The translations under genes were made by a program, and so were the position numbers. 64,000 bases of DNA from assembly GCF_037042905.1 (NCBI RefSeq), contig NC_087250.1, positions 17,424,001 through 17,488,000 of the forward strand. The letters are read 5' to 3'. Positions 35,615-48,486 of the stretch are shown here, piece by piece (within the stretch, counting starts at the first letter, position 1; every line of letters starts with the position of its first letter). Origin of the DNA: Lytechinus pictus (taxonomy: Eukaryota). The notes below the pieces were generated by a model. The model searched no databases. It was not told the origin of the DNA and was given only the letters and a program-made list of their open reading frames with translations.

Positions 35615-36565
35615 TATATTGTCCATACACTTATTCATGGATGCAAACTGAAATGTAAATTCATGCACAAATCGTTTCTGTTACGTCCCAATTATTATTT
35701 ACTATAAGCTTTAATCGACTACCATGTGTGACCAATCCACTGTATGATCTCAAACCAAAGAAAGGAATTACACTCATTCTGTTAATGCCAAATTTGAAAC
35801 CAAAATATATTTGATTATTTTGATATATCGTCGGCGTTCATCCGAACTGTCATCTCAAGTCAAATTTGGTTTTAAAAAATCGATTTTGAGATTTTTGCAG
35901 AAAATGAAAGTACAAGTCCTATTCTATTCATAACAAAATTTATAGGCAGCAATTTATTTTAGTTTCTGAGATATGAGGGGATTTTCACGGCGATGACATA
36001 CAAAAAATGTGCAAATCCCATTGAAAATGTGTACTGTAGCAGAGCGATACGATGTTTTGACTGACTGCGATTTCAATGCGCGCGGTCAGCCAAACCGTTG
36101 TACGCAGCCATCGACACTGCATCGACTTTGCACGTGAAAAGCGATAAAACCTTTTGACTAACCACACGCATTGAAATCGCGGTCAGGGTTGTTGTATCCC
36201 CTATGGCGTTTTTGTACAGGGGAAATCTATACCGCTCAAACCGAAATTACAAGCATGGAGCTCTTTTTCGGTATTTTCTCTGATCCTTGGTTTTGTGTTA
36301 AATAAGGATACCAATGTCAAGCAATTGTCTTGGTCTTTTGAACCATGTATTTTTCTAGCAATGAATATTTTGTAAGGCTGGGGAACTAAGTGTGAAAATT
36401 ATAGTAAACTTTGAAGTCGATTTCTCTGAAATGGGTTTGCACTGTCGTATGTGTGATACGACAATTTGGAAGACTGCCAAGGATATATTCCTGATAAAAG
36501 AGTTTCCTTTTTTTGTGGGATACTCTGTATAATTCATTCTCACATATAAACCAACATTTCCTTAC

Positions 36566-36667
36566 CTGAGCAGGCCTCTGAGATGAATAGCTTCTAGTCA
36601 CAATAATGGATGACACGGAAGGCACTTGTCCGGAAGGAGCGTGGCTGATATCAACGTAGGAAGCAAC
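36566..36667 (-). CDS. Zinc-finger gene exon 5 (low-complexity C-terminal region)
   Basis: 102-nt open phase-0 exon VASYVDISHAPSGQVPSVSSIIVTRSYSSQRPAQ with ctcAG and GTAAGG sites; no domain support. Confidence 0.7.
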
Positions 36668-38246
36668 CTGAGATAAAATACATGGGTAGAAAATAAACTT
36701 AGTGGAACGATTGCTCTGGCAACAAATGCTCTGCTGTGAATTCCACATACTAAATGGAATCGCCAACTTCAACCCTGGATTTAACACTATTCCCTATCCT
36801 AAACCAACCCTGAACCTAAAATAAAAACCTATATTGCAACCCTGACCCTATGGCCTGTATTCTGAAGTCAGGTCTAACTTAAACTCAGGTTTAAAGTTGT
36901 GGTTAAAGTATGGATAGCCAATTGTTACATAAATCACTAAAAGTAGAGATATCATAATGCAGCTCATTTGGCTCTAAAATCATTCATAATTGTCTGGGAA
37001 GTATAGGTGATTGCCTTAACCATTGATGAATCAGGAAAGAGCACAGTAAACATAAGAAACATATAATTTAAAAAAAAATTGACACTTTTGGCTTCCCATA
37101 ATTTTAGCACAGAGTTAGACCATGGTCTAAGTTAAACCTGACTTCAGAATACGGAACTATATCTTAAATGAAATAAAGCCCTGAGTAATTGTCGCATGAG
37201 CAATGTCATGTCACTGGTAGAACATGATGGTGCAGTGGTTTTGACTTGTGCCTTGTAAATAACAGGTCATGTGTTTGTACCCAAACACAGCCTAGCGTCC
37301 ATTGGTGCCACTCCACAGATGGCACTATCCATCCAGGTGTTAAATGGGTACCAAGTAGGATGTGAAAGTCTATATGTAATAATTGATCCAAGTAATTGAG
37401 TCAAAAGGCGGTACTCCACCTGCCCGAATTTGCTTAATCTCGAGATTTTAGCCCGATCGGCCCTCTTCACGATTAATCTCGAGATTCAAGAAACTATAAT
37501 CGATGTATCTGCAGATACACATTATTGCCATGATATCGCTGTAGGAATTGTATGATGTATCTGCAGATACATCATTTTGCCATAAACGTAGGACTAATGT
37601 GGACAGTTGAATATTTTGGCTATATGCTGTATCTACATAAAAACAGTTATTTTGATGAAAAACAAAAGTTAAATGTTATGAAAATTGTTAAGGAAGATGA
37701 ATTCAATGACATTCTTATAAATCTAACTAAATTCAACATTGGGAAATTTTCTTTTGAAGAAAGACAAAAGCTGTAACTTCAAAGTGATTTTTTTCTAAGA
37801 ATGTGCATTTTGCAGATACATCGTTTTGCCGTGTAATGGCCGAGAGGATATTTGTTTTGATCTAGCAATCAAGAGACCTGCTAAGAGTCTATAGGAATTG
37901 GGGTTGTTGAAAACTGCGACAACGCAAAGTAAATAACGATCACCAGTTCGGTCAAATCCCCAGGCTTCGTCAATGGTAGGCCCCTTTAAAGGGCTTTTCC
38001 TCTTCTTCTGGGCACCATTAATATACAAGGACATCACTATTATTTTAAATACCAATTGGAACCTTTATTTGAACTGGCGGTGGTACACTGATAGCAGAGA
38101 GAGTGAGAAGGTAACATAGGGGGAGAAAGAGTGTAGGGAGGGACAGAGAGAAAGAAAGAGGGGGGAGCAAGGGAGCAGTGAGAGAGAAAGTGAGTGAGAT
38201 GAAGACAGGTGACAAAGTGGTGACACCAAGGTCAAAGTTCACATAC

Positions 38247-38389
38247 CTCTGCAGCGCCATCAGCAGTTAAACCATCGTTAGAACTGGATACAGATGTCTT
38301 TTCATGTAAGTGTGTCCTTCGATGGATGTTGAGGGCGCCACTTCGTTTGGCAGCATACGGACAAAGATCACATGTAAATGGTCTCTCAC
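38247..38389 (-). CDS. C2H2 zinc-finger exon 4
   Basis: Reads GERPFTCDLCPYAAKRSGALNIHRRTHLHEK...GAAE; ctacAG acceptor and GTATGT donor; phase 1->0. Confidence 0.92.
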
Positions 38390-38404
38390 CTGTAGATAAG
38401 GTAG

Positions 38405-41116
38405 TGTAACAGTAAATTTTGCTAGGTTTATTTATTTAATCTGTACTCTTACATTTGGCTTTCCATACTTTATTGTTTACATTCAACTTGTTTATTTCCA
38501 TTCCAACTCATCTCATCCTTCTTTCCATCCTCACAATCCACATACATTGTCATAATCTCATCTTTCATTCCATCTCCACAATACATCTCACATAGCAACA
38601 CAGGTTCATTACATTTCATTCCTTCATTCAGTTTCCCCTCAGTCATGCTTCCTGGTTTTCCATTAGCTTTCCACTCCACATGGTCCTATTGTTTAATTCT
38701 CATTAGGATTCAGTTTAACTCATGATCACCCTTCTCTATTCTCTGATTGGTTCTTATTTTTAAATAGGGTTAGTTCATTTTATAGTTCATACCATTTTCC
38801 TTGTATTTGATTGGTTGATTTCTATGATTATCCAATGTGGGTACATTGGCAGAACTTCCCAGAAGATTAGATTGGAAAGTAAAGTCAGTGCTGATCTGGA
38901 CTTCATCGTGTTAAGTTCTAATTTATTCTGTGTTCACCCTATCTTCAGTTTAATAATTTTAGTTTAATTAAAGATAGGAGAGCTTGGGAGATTGAATTTA
39001 CAGGAGAGCATAGGAGACTGAGTGTACAAACGGTCATGTTACAACTGGTGGCAGCGGTGGGATTTCATGATTGTAATGCAATTTTGACTGCACTGTATTT
39101 ACCCTCCAGGAATGTGTTAATACTGCATTTCAAGATTTTATTTCTTTAAACCAGAAAAAAAAAAGAAAAAAAAAAGATCTTGGCAAATTTTGAATGCAAA
39201 AGGAGTTTTCTAGAGTTTTCCTTGAATGATATATGCATTAATGTCCTCTGAGATAATATCTATATGAAAGTGGCAAAACAATTGGTTAAAAAAATATCTT
39301 CAAATCAAAGGAAAGAAGATTGTTTGGCAATACTTTTGATTGTAATGTAGATTTCATGAAAATTTACTCTGTCACTCTCGGAAAAAAAAATGCAATGATA
39401 TTGATATTGAAGATTGGATTGTTTCGTACCAGAAGAATTCAAATCTTGATCTAGAAACTTAGAAAGTATTCAGTTGCAGAATTTATAGTACATATTTATG
39501 TGAATATTCTTGAAAATATTATTTTTGCAACTAGCCATACTATTGATTAACTTGATTTTACACACAAAAAAAAGCAAATAACTATTTTTGTTGTATATCA
39601 AATATGGATACTTGATTTTGGAAATATAATGAAACAAAAAGAAGAAGATTTTATCTCTATTCCATCAAACACGAAACAGTATGTTTGGAAAATGGAATGG
39701 AAATCGATTTTGTTAAGACAATTTGAATCTTAAAGAAAAAAAAGCAAGGACAAAATGTTCACGACATAAAACTTAGATTGGTTGCAAAGTTGGTAATTTG
39801 TTTGTTGATGCATGATCCATTTTCGCTTACGGCAGTTTGTTGTATATTTTTTTTTCCTTTTGGACAAGCATAGCTTTTTAAGGATATTGGTTTTCAATAT
39901 TAAAAAAAAAAAGAATATATGTAAAGAAAAAAATGTGATATTTTATTTAAATTCACAAATATCGCAAGAAATAAATTAAGTTTGGAAAAAAAAATGAAGA
40001 AAACTAATTGTATATTCGAAAATACTCATGCAACAACAATATGCTGTCTATACATGTATACTATTTGTGCTTTTGCAACTAACAGTCAGATGGCCATTGG
40101 TAATAGTTAATACTGATTTGAATAATTCTTATTTCTCTTCGAAAGAAATATTGAAGTCCAAATATAATTTATTTTTTTTCATTCTTTGAAATCGTCTGTT
40201 TAGGGACGACCGCTATAAAAGAAAGTATTAATTACATAGATTGGGTTTGGACATTTGGCAGTTCTGCCGATTGTTGCAAAAGTAATGGCTTATTGATATT
40301 ACTGTGAAGAGTTGAAATTCAAGGTTCCTTCATTATTTTTTTATCCTCTTGATTTTTTGGCCTGTTAAAAAAAAATTCATGCTAGAAAGATAAAAGTTCA
40401 GAAAGAAAACATGAATCGAAACTTAAAAAACTTTGAGTGTATATTGAAAAATGAGGACATTTTTAATGAAGAGGGAATCTTATGTAACAGTAAATTTTGC
40501 TAGGTTTATTTAATCTGTACTCTTACATTTGGCTTTCCATACTTTATTGTTTACATTCAACTTGTTTATTTCCATTCCAACTCATCTCATCCTTCTTTCC
40601 ATCCTCACAATCCACATACATTGTCATAATCTCATCTTTCATTCCATCTCCACAATACATCTCACATAGCAACACAGGTTCATTACATTTCATTCTTTCA
40701 TTCAGTTTCCCCTCAGTTATGCTTCCTGGTTTTCCATTAGCTTTCCACTCCACATGGTCCTATTGTTTAATTCTCATTAGGATTCAGTTTAACTCATGAT
40801 CACCCTTCTCTATTCTCTGATTGGTTCTTATTTTTAATAGGGTTAGTTCATTTTATAGTTCATACCATTTTCCTTGTATTTGATTGGTTGATTTCTATGA
40901 TTATCCAATGTGGGTACATTGGCAGAACTTCCCAGAAGATTAGATTGGAAAGTAAAGTCAGTGCTGATCTGGACTTCATCGTGTTAAGTTCTAATTTATT
41001 CTGTGTTCACCCTATCTTCAGTTTAATAATTTTAGTTTAATTAAAGATAGGAGAGCTTGGGAGATTGAATTTACAGGAGAGCATAGGAGACTGTGTGTAC
41101 AAACGGTCATGTTACA
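38405..41116 (+). mobile_element. Non-autonomous LTR retrotransposon (Gypsy-like, TRIM/LARD type)
   Basis: LTRs at 38405-39043 and 40483-41116 (TGTAAC...GTTACA); 4-bp TSD GTAG; PBS TGGTGGCAGCGGTGGGATT at 39046 complementary to the tRNA-Leu 3' end; purine tract GAAGAGGGAA before the 3' LTR; 1.44 kb interior with no ORF. Confidence 0.95.
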
Positions 41117-41717
41117 GTAGGATTGAGAAATCATGTTTTTAAAATATGTCACAGCTGGGGCCCGTTGCAGAAAGAGTTGCGATTAAATGGAAGCCCTGTA
41201 TTCGGGACTTTCGCTTAATATTTTGACCTGCGTTTAAGCAACTCTATCTGCAACAGGCCCCTGGATATCTTTTTTTTAAAGGCAAGGACTTCAGAAAACC
41301 ATGGGAAAATTATAAGAAATTACCAAAGGCTTGTGTCTTCTTGTCTTTTCCATCTGTAATACAGCTTTGGCAAATGTCTTAAACAAGGGATCAGGCATCC
41401 ACCCCCCTTGTATTTTTTTTAAGTTGTGAAAAAAAAAGAAAAAATGGTTAAAGAAAATGGAAGAAAGTAGCTACATGCAGAGAGTAAAATTGAGAGGTCT
41501 GAAGTTGTATTATCGTTTATTCAACTGAGAAAAGATATGACATCACACGAGTCGCCCCCCCCCCCTCTCCCCCCCCCCCCCCCTCCCCCATCAACACATC
41601 CTGGCACTGCCCCTGCTTACAACACTATACCTGTATTATTCATATTGTTTCACATACCCTTACAGCATTTCCTATCCACACAAGAAAACACTGGGAGCAG
41701 CGAAAAGAGTTTCTTAC

Positions 41718-41826
41718 CTGTATGTTTTCGCATGTGTATCCTGAGGCCTTTCTTGTCTACACAAGAGAACTGGCATTGGGAGCAGCGAAAAGGACGGATG
41801 GTAGAGTGGACAGCCATCACATGGCG
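41718..41826 (-). CDS. C2H2 zinc-finger exon 3
   Basis: Reads RHVMAVHSTIRPFRCSQCQFSCVDKKGLRIHMRKHT, completing the finger split at the end of exon 2; phase 0->1. Confidence 0.92.
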
Positions 41827-42065
41827 CTTCAATGGATTTTAAAAAAAATAGAAAAAGAAACAATTAATTTGATTAATTGATTAACAACTGATGAATAATG
41901 AAATACACACTTTATAACACAAAGCTCAGTCAGTATAGAGTTCATTGCCACCAGCTAAAAACTTAAAAATAAAAAAGTATTGAATATTTTGCTATTTTCG
42001 ATTCTATCAAACAATTATCATTTGTGATACCTTCTAAACTAGTTTCTATTTAATATGGATTTGTT

Positions 42066-42828
42066 TAATCCTTATTTTAATAACTAGGGGGGTCAATTTG
42101 ATCCCCCCTCAACAAATTTTGTTACTACGCCGTTGTGCGATTTTTTTTTTTACTGTGCTGCTCGCTGACTTTTTACTTTCATGTCTCGCGCATCTTTTGA
42201 GACCAAATTTGTAATTGCGACGCCCAGATACGCAGTTCCAAAATAACCCAACAATGCATATCAGACCCAAAATTGCTCAAAAACGTGATTCCGTAAACAA
42301 AGACAAAGTCAATGCAAATCAACCAAAAATCATAAATGTATGATTATTTTTACTTTTGTTGGTTTAAATGAATTTATTTTTATGCTGCTTATGATCGCAA
42401 AAGGGTCCCCGACAAAGTTCATCTGAAAAAAACGATAAAAAACAAAGGTTCGAAAAAACAAGGAAATACATTATAAGTATTTTAAAACAAGAAAATACAT
42501 AAGAAATTAATTACTTTTTTGGCATTTTTTTTTGGTATTTGTGAAAAATGTAAGAATTGATACTCTCACCAAATATTAGCATTCTACTAGCTATATAAAG
42601 TGAGTTATGATTTAAGGCAAATTTCATATTTGCATAATTAATTAATAAAGAAATATAAACAATTAATTTTTTGAAAATTTTACTAACAGTCTTGTAGTTT
42701 AAAATCTGGCTCTACGCATGTGCAAATTTTCGTGGCAAATGCACAATCAGCGGCCGAGATCTAAAGGGGGGTCAAATTGAGCCCCCCCCCCCCATATATC
42801 CTTGTCTGAAATAGCCCAGTTAAAATAG
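42066..42828. mobile_element. piggyBac-like MITE, reverse-orientation relative of 29368-30151
   Basis: Extended reverse-complement similarity (gggtccccgacaaagttc, aaattgctcaaaaacgtgattcc, gaaatagcccagtt). Confidence 0.75.
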
Positions 42829-43507
42829 TGATGTGTTTGCAGTCAACCAAAACCTCAAACAGTGTTGTGTAGCAGCCAACTTTCATTTCATGTCACTTTG
42901 TCTATAGTAATAATTGCATAATAAGATTAAGAAAATTAATGTGGCCTGACTGAATATTAGACAAAATGGTAAATAAGCTATAATAAAGTGATAATTAGAC
43001 CAAATGACTGGAGATGATCCTGGGGTCGTGTTACAAAAAGGTGCTGGGCTCCGTAACATAAAGGTTTGCAATCAATCCCTAAATACCAATGACCAATCAA
43101 GATCATCGTTGCATGCACGCTCTATTTGAAATACTGACCGGGAACCAGTCAGTGTGGTTCTTTCATATTTGCAATTCATCACAAACCTTTGTGTTACGGA
43201 GCCCTGGGCCCCGTCTTACAAAGTGTTACAATTGATCCAATCAATCAAAAGTCTATGGAAATCCATCAGTGTTGCAATTTTTTCTACAGGAAATTTGCAA
43301 AATGTCCTTTGAAACAAAGGCAAACACACCAAATTGTAAACAAATCAATGAATTTATGAAAATTCATCATATCTTGAAATATTTTTGAACAAACATGTAT
43401 TTTTAGATGTGGGCGTTGCTGGCTTTCCATAGTTGAGTTTGATCAGATCAATCGCAATTCTTTGTAAGATGGGGCCCTGGAGTACAATTAATTCAAGTCT
43501 ACTTTAC

Positions 43508-45333
43508 CTTGAGTGTGCTTCCATCAGCAGAGGCGTAGTCACAATGACTACATTTATACGGCTTCTCACCAGTATGCTTCCGAAGATGAACCAGGAAGTT
43601 ATCCCTCTTCTTGGTCACATACCCACAATGCTCACAGATAATAGGGTCTACAGAGTTCTTGTGCATCGGTGACTGCTCATGCTGGCGAAGCTTAGATGCA
43701 GAGACAAAACTCTTCTTGCATGGCTTACATAAGAACTCTGATGTTTCCTTGTTGTGCTTCTTGATATGAGTTTTAAGTCTTGTGGTTGATCGCGTTGTGT
43801 AGTCACAGATGTCGCACGTTTGGAACTTAATCTCTGTGTGCTTGCGTTCCATGTGGATTTTCATCCCGCCGCGAGTTGCAAGAGCATCGCCACAAATCTC
43901 ACAGAGGAAGCTCTTTTGCTTCTGGTGTTTCTTGACGACATGCCGCTCCAGCTCGTTTGCCGTCTTGTACCGGGCATGGCACTCCTTGCAGGCGAATATC
44001 TTAGAACCGACATAGTTCTTGCGCAAGAAAGGAGATTCAATCCCTAGGGATTCTCCAGTGGGGATGATAGCCTCACTTTTATGGCTTTTCTTAAAGTGGA
44101 TTGTCATTGGTGGACGATTGCCACCAGTGTGCTGTACTACCGTGATGGTAGTGGCTTCAGGGTTAGTCTGTGAAGCTCTTTGAGCTATCGCCTGGAAGTC
44201 TACACCAAACTGCTTAGAACCATCCAGCGTCAACAAGGGTGTCGGTTGGGCCCCTTCCTGCATCTGTCCTTGATCTTTGTCCAATGATGACGTTTCCATG
44301 TTTTCCTCTGTGGAAGTTCCAGGTAATGAATCAAAGTTAGTGTCTATACTCTCGTTGTCCTGAGGGTCCTTCGCTTCCCTTGAACAGCCCACATTTTCCA
44401 TCTCGGACACTGCTGCAGCATCTGATTGATGACCTTGAGGCTGAGGCAAATCTTGCGTAGGGTCCATGCTGGATCCAGAATCCGATTCCTTGATGACATC
44501 TTCATCTAATGGCTGTGTCTTGTCAGCACTTGGCTCATCTAATACCCTACCTTGTCGTTTCTCTTTACTTTTCTCCTTTGCCTTGCTGCTTTTTACATTA
44601 GCTGCAGCAAGCATAGATAAATAGGCTCTGTTGAAATCAAATTTCAAGCTAGATTCTGAAATAGAAGAATCATTCTCCTTTCCTTTATGAGTGGTGTTTG
44701 ATTCCTTCAAACACTCTTTGTCAGGTATTCCTTTGGTCAACTTTTCCTTATCACCTAAAGATTTTGTTGGTGAAGCTTGTGTGATAACCTGTTGCCTCAC
44801 ATCACCTGTTGTCTGATCAGCCGTCTCCATTGGAGATTGTTCCCTTCGGCATAATTTGCTTTCAGCAATCAGAAACTGGTAGAATTTACCAAGATTCACT
44901 TTAGAATCAGACCGACCAACATCTTCTGCACTTTGATCCTGATCGATGGCTGTTGGTTGCTGCACGCCACAGTCATCGCTCCTTTGCGAACCAGATAAAT
45001 GCTTCAATACAAACTGGTCTTTCGGAAAAGATTTCAAACACTGCAAGTTCTGTATTTCATTCAATACAGTTTTGAACGGTGTCTCGGAGTTGCGTTGCTC
45101 GAGAGGCCCTTCAGGAATTCTGGTTTGCTCCCCTTCCTCGCCAGTCCCTCTGATGTGGATGTTCTTTACATGGTCGCCAATCTCCCCACTGTCTGCTGAG
45201 TAGAAGTTGCATATTTTGCAGCGATGTATTGCAGCCAGAAACAACGTCGTTTCAACATGACTCCCAAAGATGGACTGATTGTTTGTGCTTGCCATGCTCT
45301 TCACAAAATGTGACACACTCGACAGCTGCACAC
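43508..45333 (-). CDS. C2H2 zinc-finger protein, large exon 2
   Basis: 608-codon open frame: one N-terminal CxxC..H..H finger, a long acidic/Ser-rich region, then tandem CxxC-x12-H-x3/4-H fingers with an HTGEKPY linker; ttgtAG acceptor and GTAAAG donor. Confidence 0.95.
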
Positions 45334-46212
45334 CTACAACAGAACAAACAAAAATGTATGAGGTGAGAGTGAAAACTTGAAAATTTACAGTTCTAATGTT
45401 CTATCAAGTCGTCATTCATAATCAGACCTTTCAATGAGCGTGTTTTTCTTTTCATTGGTCTTTTCATTGACTGTACCTCTTATATATTTATTTCCTTGTA
45501 AATGTGGCAGCAGATAATGCAGATTAATGAATCATAAAAAGACAAACATATTCATTATTGGGAAAAAAATAAACACTTTAATTGTGGGTATCACTATCAA
45601 CAAAAATATATACCCCCAAAATATGATACAGAAGAGAGAAAAATAAATCAAAAAGAAACTTATTCATGTACAAGTATAAGAATATACAATGTATGGTAGT
45701 GGATCGTATTACCGAACACTTTTCATGAATTCAATCATATAAAACACATTATTCTCATAAAATTCACCAAACTTTTAACATATAAATACTCAATTACCTA
45801 CAAAATATAAATATGTGAAAATTTTGCCGAAATCGTTTTTCCTTTTTACGATATTAGCTTCTAATCAGACCCCTCTTCGCACGTGAAATATTTTGGTCAC
45901 TTGAAAAAAGGTATCGTATTACCGAACGTGTGTTTTCTATGGGAAAAGTTGAGGAAACAACAAAAACACTTATGAATATGAGCTATTTTGACCATATTTT
46001 ATTATTGTTCGAATATTAAGACTTTGAAAATGTGTTCTTGACCATTTTTCATCAATTTCTATTCAAGTTCTCTTTGGAAGGATGTTGCAAAATTTTGAGC
46101 GTATGAATTTATGTTCTGATGCGTACGATGTGCACGTTCGGTAATACAAGGCCGGTCGGTAATACAATCACTCACTATACATGTATATAGTGAGTATCAT
46201 ATTATTAGGAGA

Positions 46213-46433
46213 CACTGGCAGATCCGGGGGGGGGGGCAAAGCCAGCCCGTGCCCCCCCCCCTTTAGAGAGGCACAATTAAAATTTGTAATGTAAAAATGC
46301 TGTTAAAACAGAAAGTGTGCCCAACCCCCCTTTTGAAACTGAAGACCTTTTTATTTATTTTTATTTTTTTGCTTGTCAAATTTTTCTCGGGAAAATATGC
46401 CCCCCGTTTTGGAAAATCCTGGATCTGCCCCTG
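46213..46433. mobile_element. Small hAT-like MITE
   Basis: CA..GGCAGATCC / GGATCTGCCCCTG termini with an 8-bp TSD TTAGGAGA. Confidence 0.8.
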
Positions 46434-46678
46434 TTAGGAGATATATGAAATAATAGAAATGACAATGATTTTAATATGATTCATCATTGATGAGGTGACA
46501 ACTTAAACAAAAATGGAAAAAGATTAGAAAACCTGCACAGATGAAAGAAAAGAAAAACATGTAAAAAGATGAATTATTCAACTGTCTAAAGATGAATGGA
46601 CATGATGGATTAATAAATATGAAGAAATTATTTCCATTAAATTTACGGTATATGAAACCATTTGCATTGTTTGCTTAA

Positions 46679-48116
46679 AGTTGAATTAAGAAGACGATTC
46701 CAAATATTGAGATATTTACATTAATAGCAACCTTACAACCCCCCAAACACTAATAGGTGATTCGACCCCCCATTTTCTTTTTTCAAAATAGTGAATTTGA
46801 ACGATTTATCCCTACCCATTTTCCCTGAGTTCGCTCCTGCAATGCCTACCGAGACGGGTGTTCTTTGAGTGTGACGTCACCGGGGGGTATTCGGTAAACA
46901 AGGCAGTGCCGTTTTGTGTACTATGCACGTACTCCTTCATATGGAATAACTGCAGTTGAAGTTGTATCTGCGAGCCATAGAACTTGCAAAGAGGAAATGA
47001 TTAAAATATTTGTGGCCGTACTATTATTCCAAATATGTGAATTCCCTCAGAATGATACCATAGACCCTAAAGGAATAATTTCAAGGTGAATAATATGAAA
47101 TTTGATCGAGATCTTCTCACCAGTCGATAACGTAGCAGACGTGTTATTATGACATATTTATCCGCGTGTGACGCGGCTCTTGCAAAAAAACACAGTTGGT
47201 TGCGGAATTGCTTTGTGCCGACCGGCCGCCCGCTCAGGCGCAGCTAGCTGTCGAGCTACCGTACCGTTCTTGTTGTCTTCAACCATAGAGATGTATACTA
47301 ATTACTATATATCTTTCTGTCTTCAACTCACTTCCGAATTGCGTTTGTATGTGTGACGGTGACCCCTAGCGTAATTAAATATAGAAAACAACTCAGAAGG
47401 CCGAGAAAGAATACTATACGTTTGGTTCAAGATTGTTCTGTGGAATGAGCTATGAGTGGAAATGATCCAGAGGATATAAAAGTGGAGTCAAAGACAAAAG
47501 AAAAGAAGAAAAAAACGCCAGGGGATCGCTGCACGGCCATGAACTAAGTCGACATACCGTACCAGTACACTCAATGCCTGGGTGTTGTGTGTATTAGTAT
47601 TATGCGTTCAGCGCGCGCTGAGCTAGCCGCCGGAATTACTTTCCAGCTACTCACTTGATTGAACATCGTGATAAAATAAATGAGAAATAGTGAAAATATC
47701 ATTCAATAACTCACTGTTTGCTATCTTACATCATGATTGAAGAGTTCATGGTGGTTATTCATACTGTTTTTTATACAGGGAAAGTAAAGATTTGTACATA
47801 TCAGTCCTATTTGTTTGATTTGAGTTGCTTTGAAAAAAAAAAGTAAAATATCTTTCTCTCTCTGCATAGCATTTCTGTATGACATTCAGGCACCTCTTAT
47901 ACTAAATTCCCCCCGGTGACGTCACACTCCGAGTGACTTTTCTGTACACTCGTCTCTCGGGCTCTGACAGGTGGCTAATTTCATAGACTTTCAAAGCAAA
48001 ATATCGAGAAGGCAGAGGATTATTGTGACATGCTATGTGTTTGAACAACTTATATATACTATATATTGTATGTAGAACCTATATTTATGGAAACTCACCC
48101 CCTTCTTAATTCAACT
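46679..48116. mobile_element. Kolobok-like deletion derivative (1.44 kb)
   Basis: Perfect 15-bp TIR AGTTGAATTAAGAAG, TTAA TSD, and a subterminal inverted GAGTGTGACGTCACCGGGGGG at about 46867 and 47909. Confidence 0.8.
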
Positions 48117-48486
48117 TTAACGTAAAAAGCACTCTGGCTTTGGCTTGGCTTTAGCGTGCCCATGCCACTTCTAACATTAGAAGTTCTACTTTTAACGTAA
48201 GTTACTTTTTAGTTCTATTCTATTTACAGCGACACTAACAGTAACAGTTTTTTCTGTCTTCTGATAAAAAATTGATTCTTGAACTGCATGACGAATTAGA
48301 TCCTGGGCAAATTCAAAGTGCAACACTGTTGCCAACAGCCAACACCCCTGTTATTTGTTAGTGTTACACTAATTTTTGTCGATTAGTCGACCCAATGTCA
48401 TGTGCCGATATAACCCAGGGAGCTCCGGCCCGCACAGCGGGCCGGAGCCCAGGGGCTTACCGTGTATTCAACCATACTCACGGGAC

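Noticed and set aside
38470..40799. Duplicated 69-aa ORFs (MEWKANGKPGS...) and a 100-aa ORF
   Set aside because: They lie within the two LTR copies, with no domain signal; the duplication is explained by the LTRs.
43433..45203. Plus-strand ORFs overlapping the zinc-finger exon
   Set aside because: They are antisense shadows of a long coding exon.
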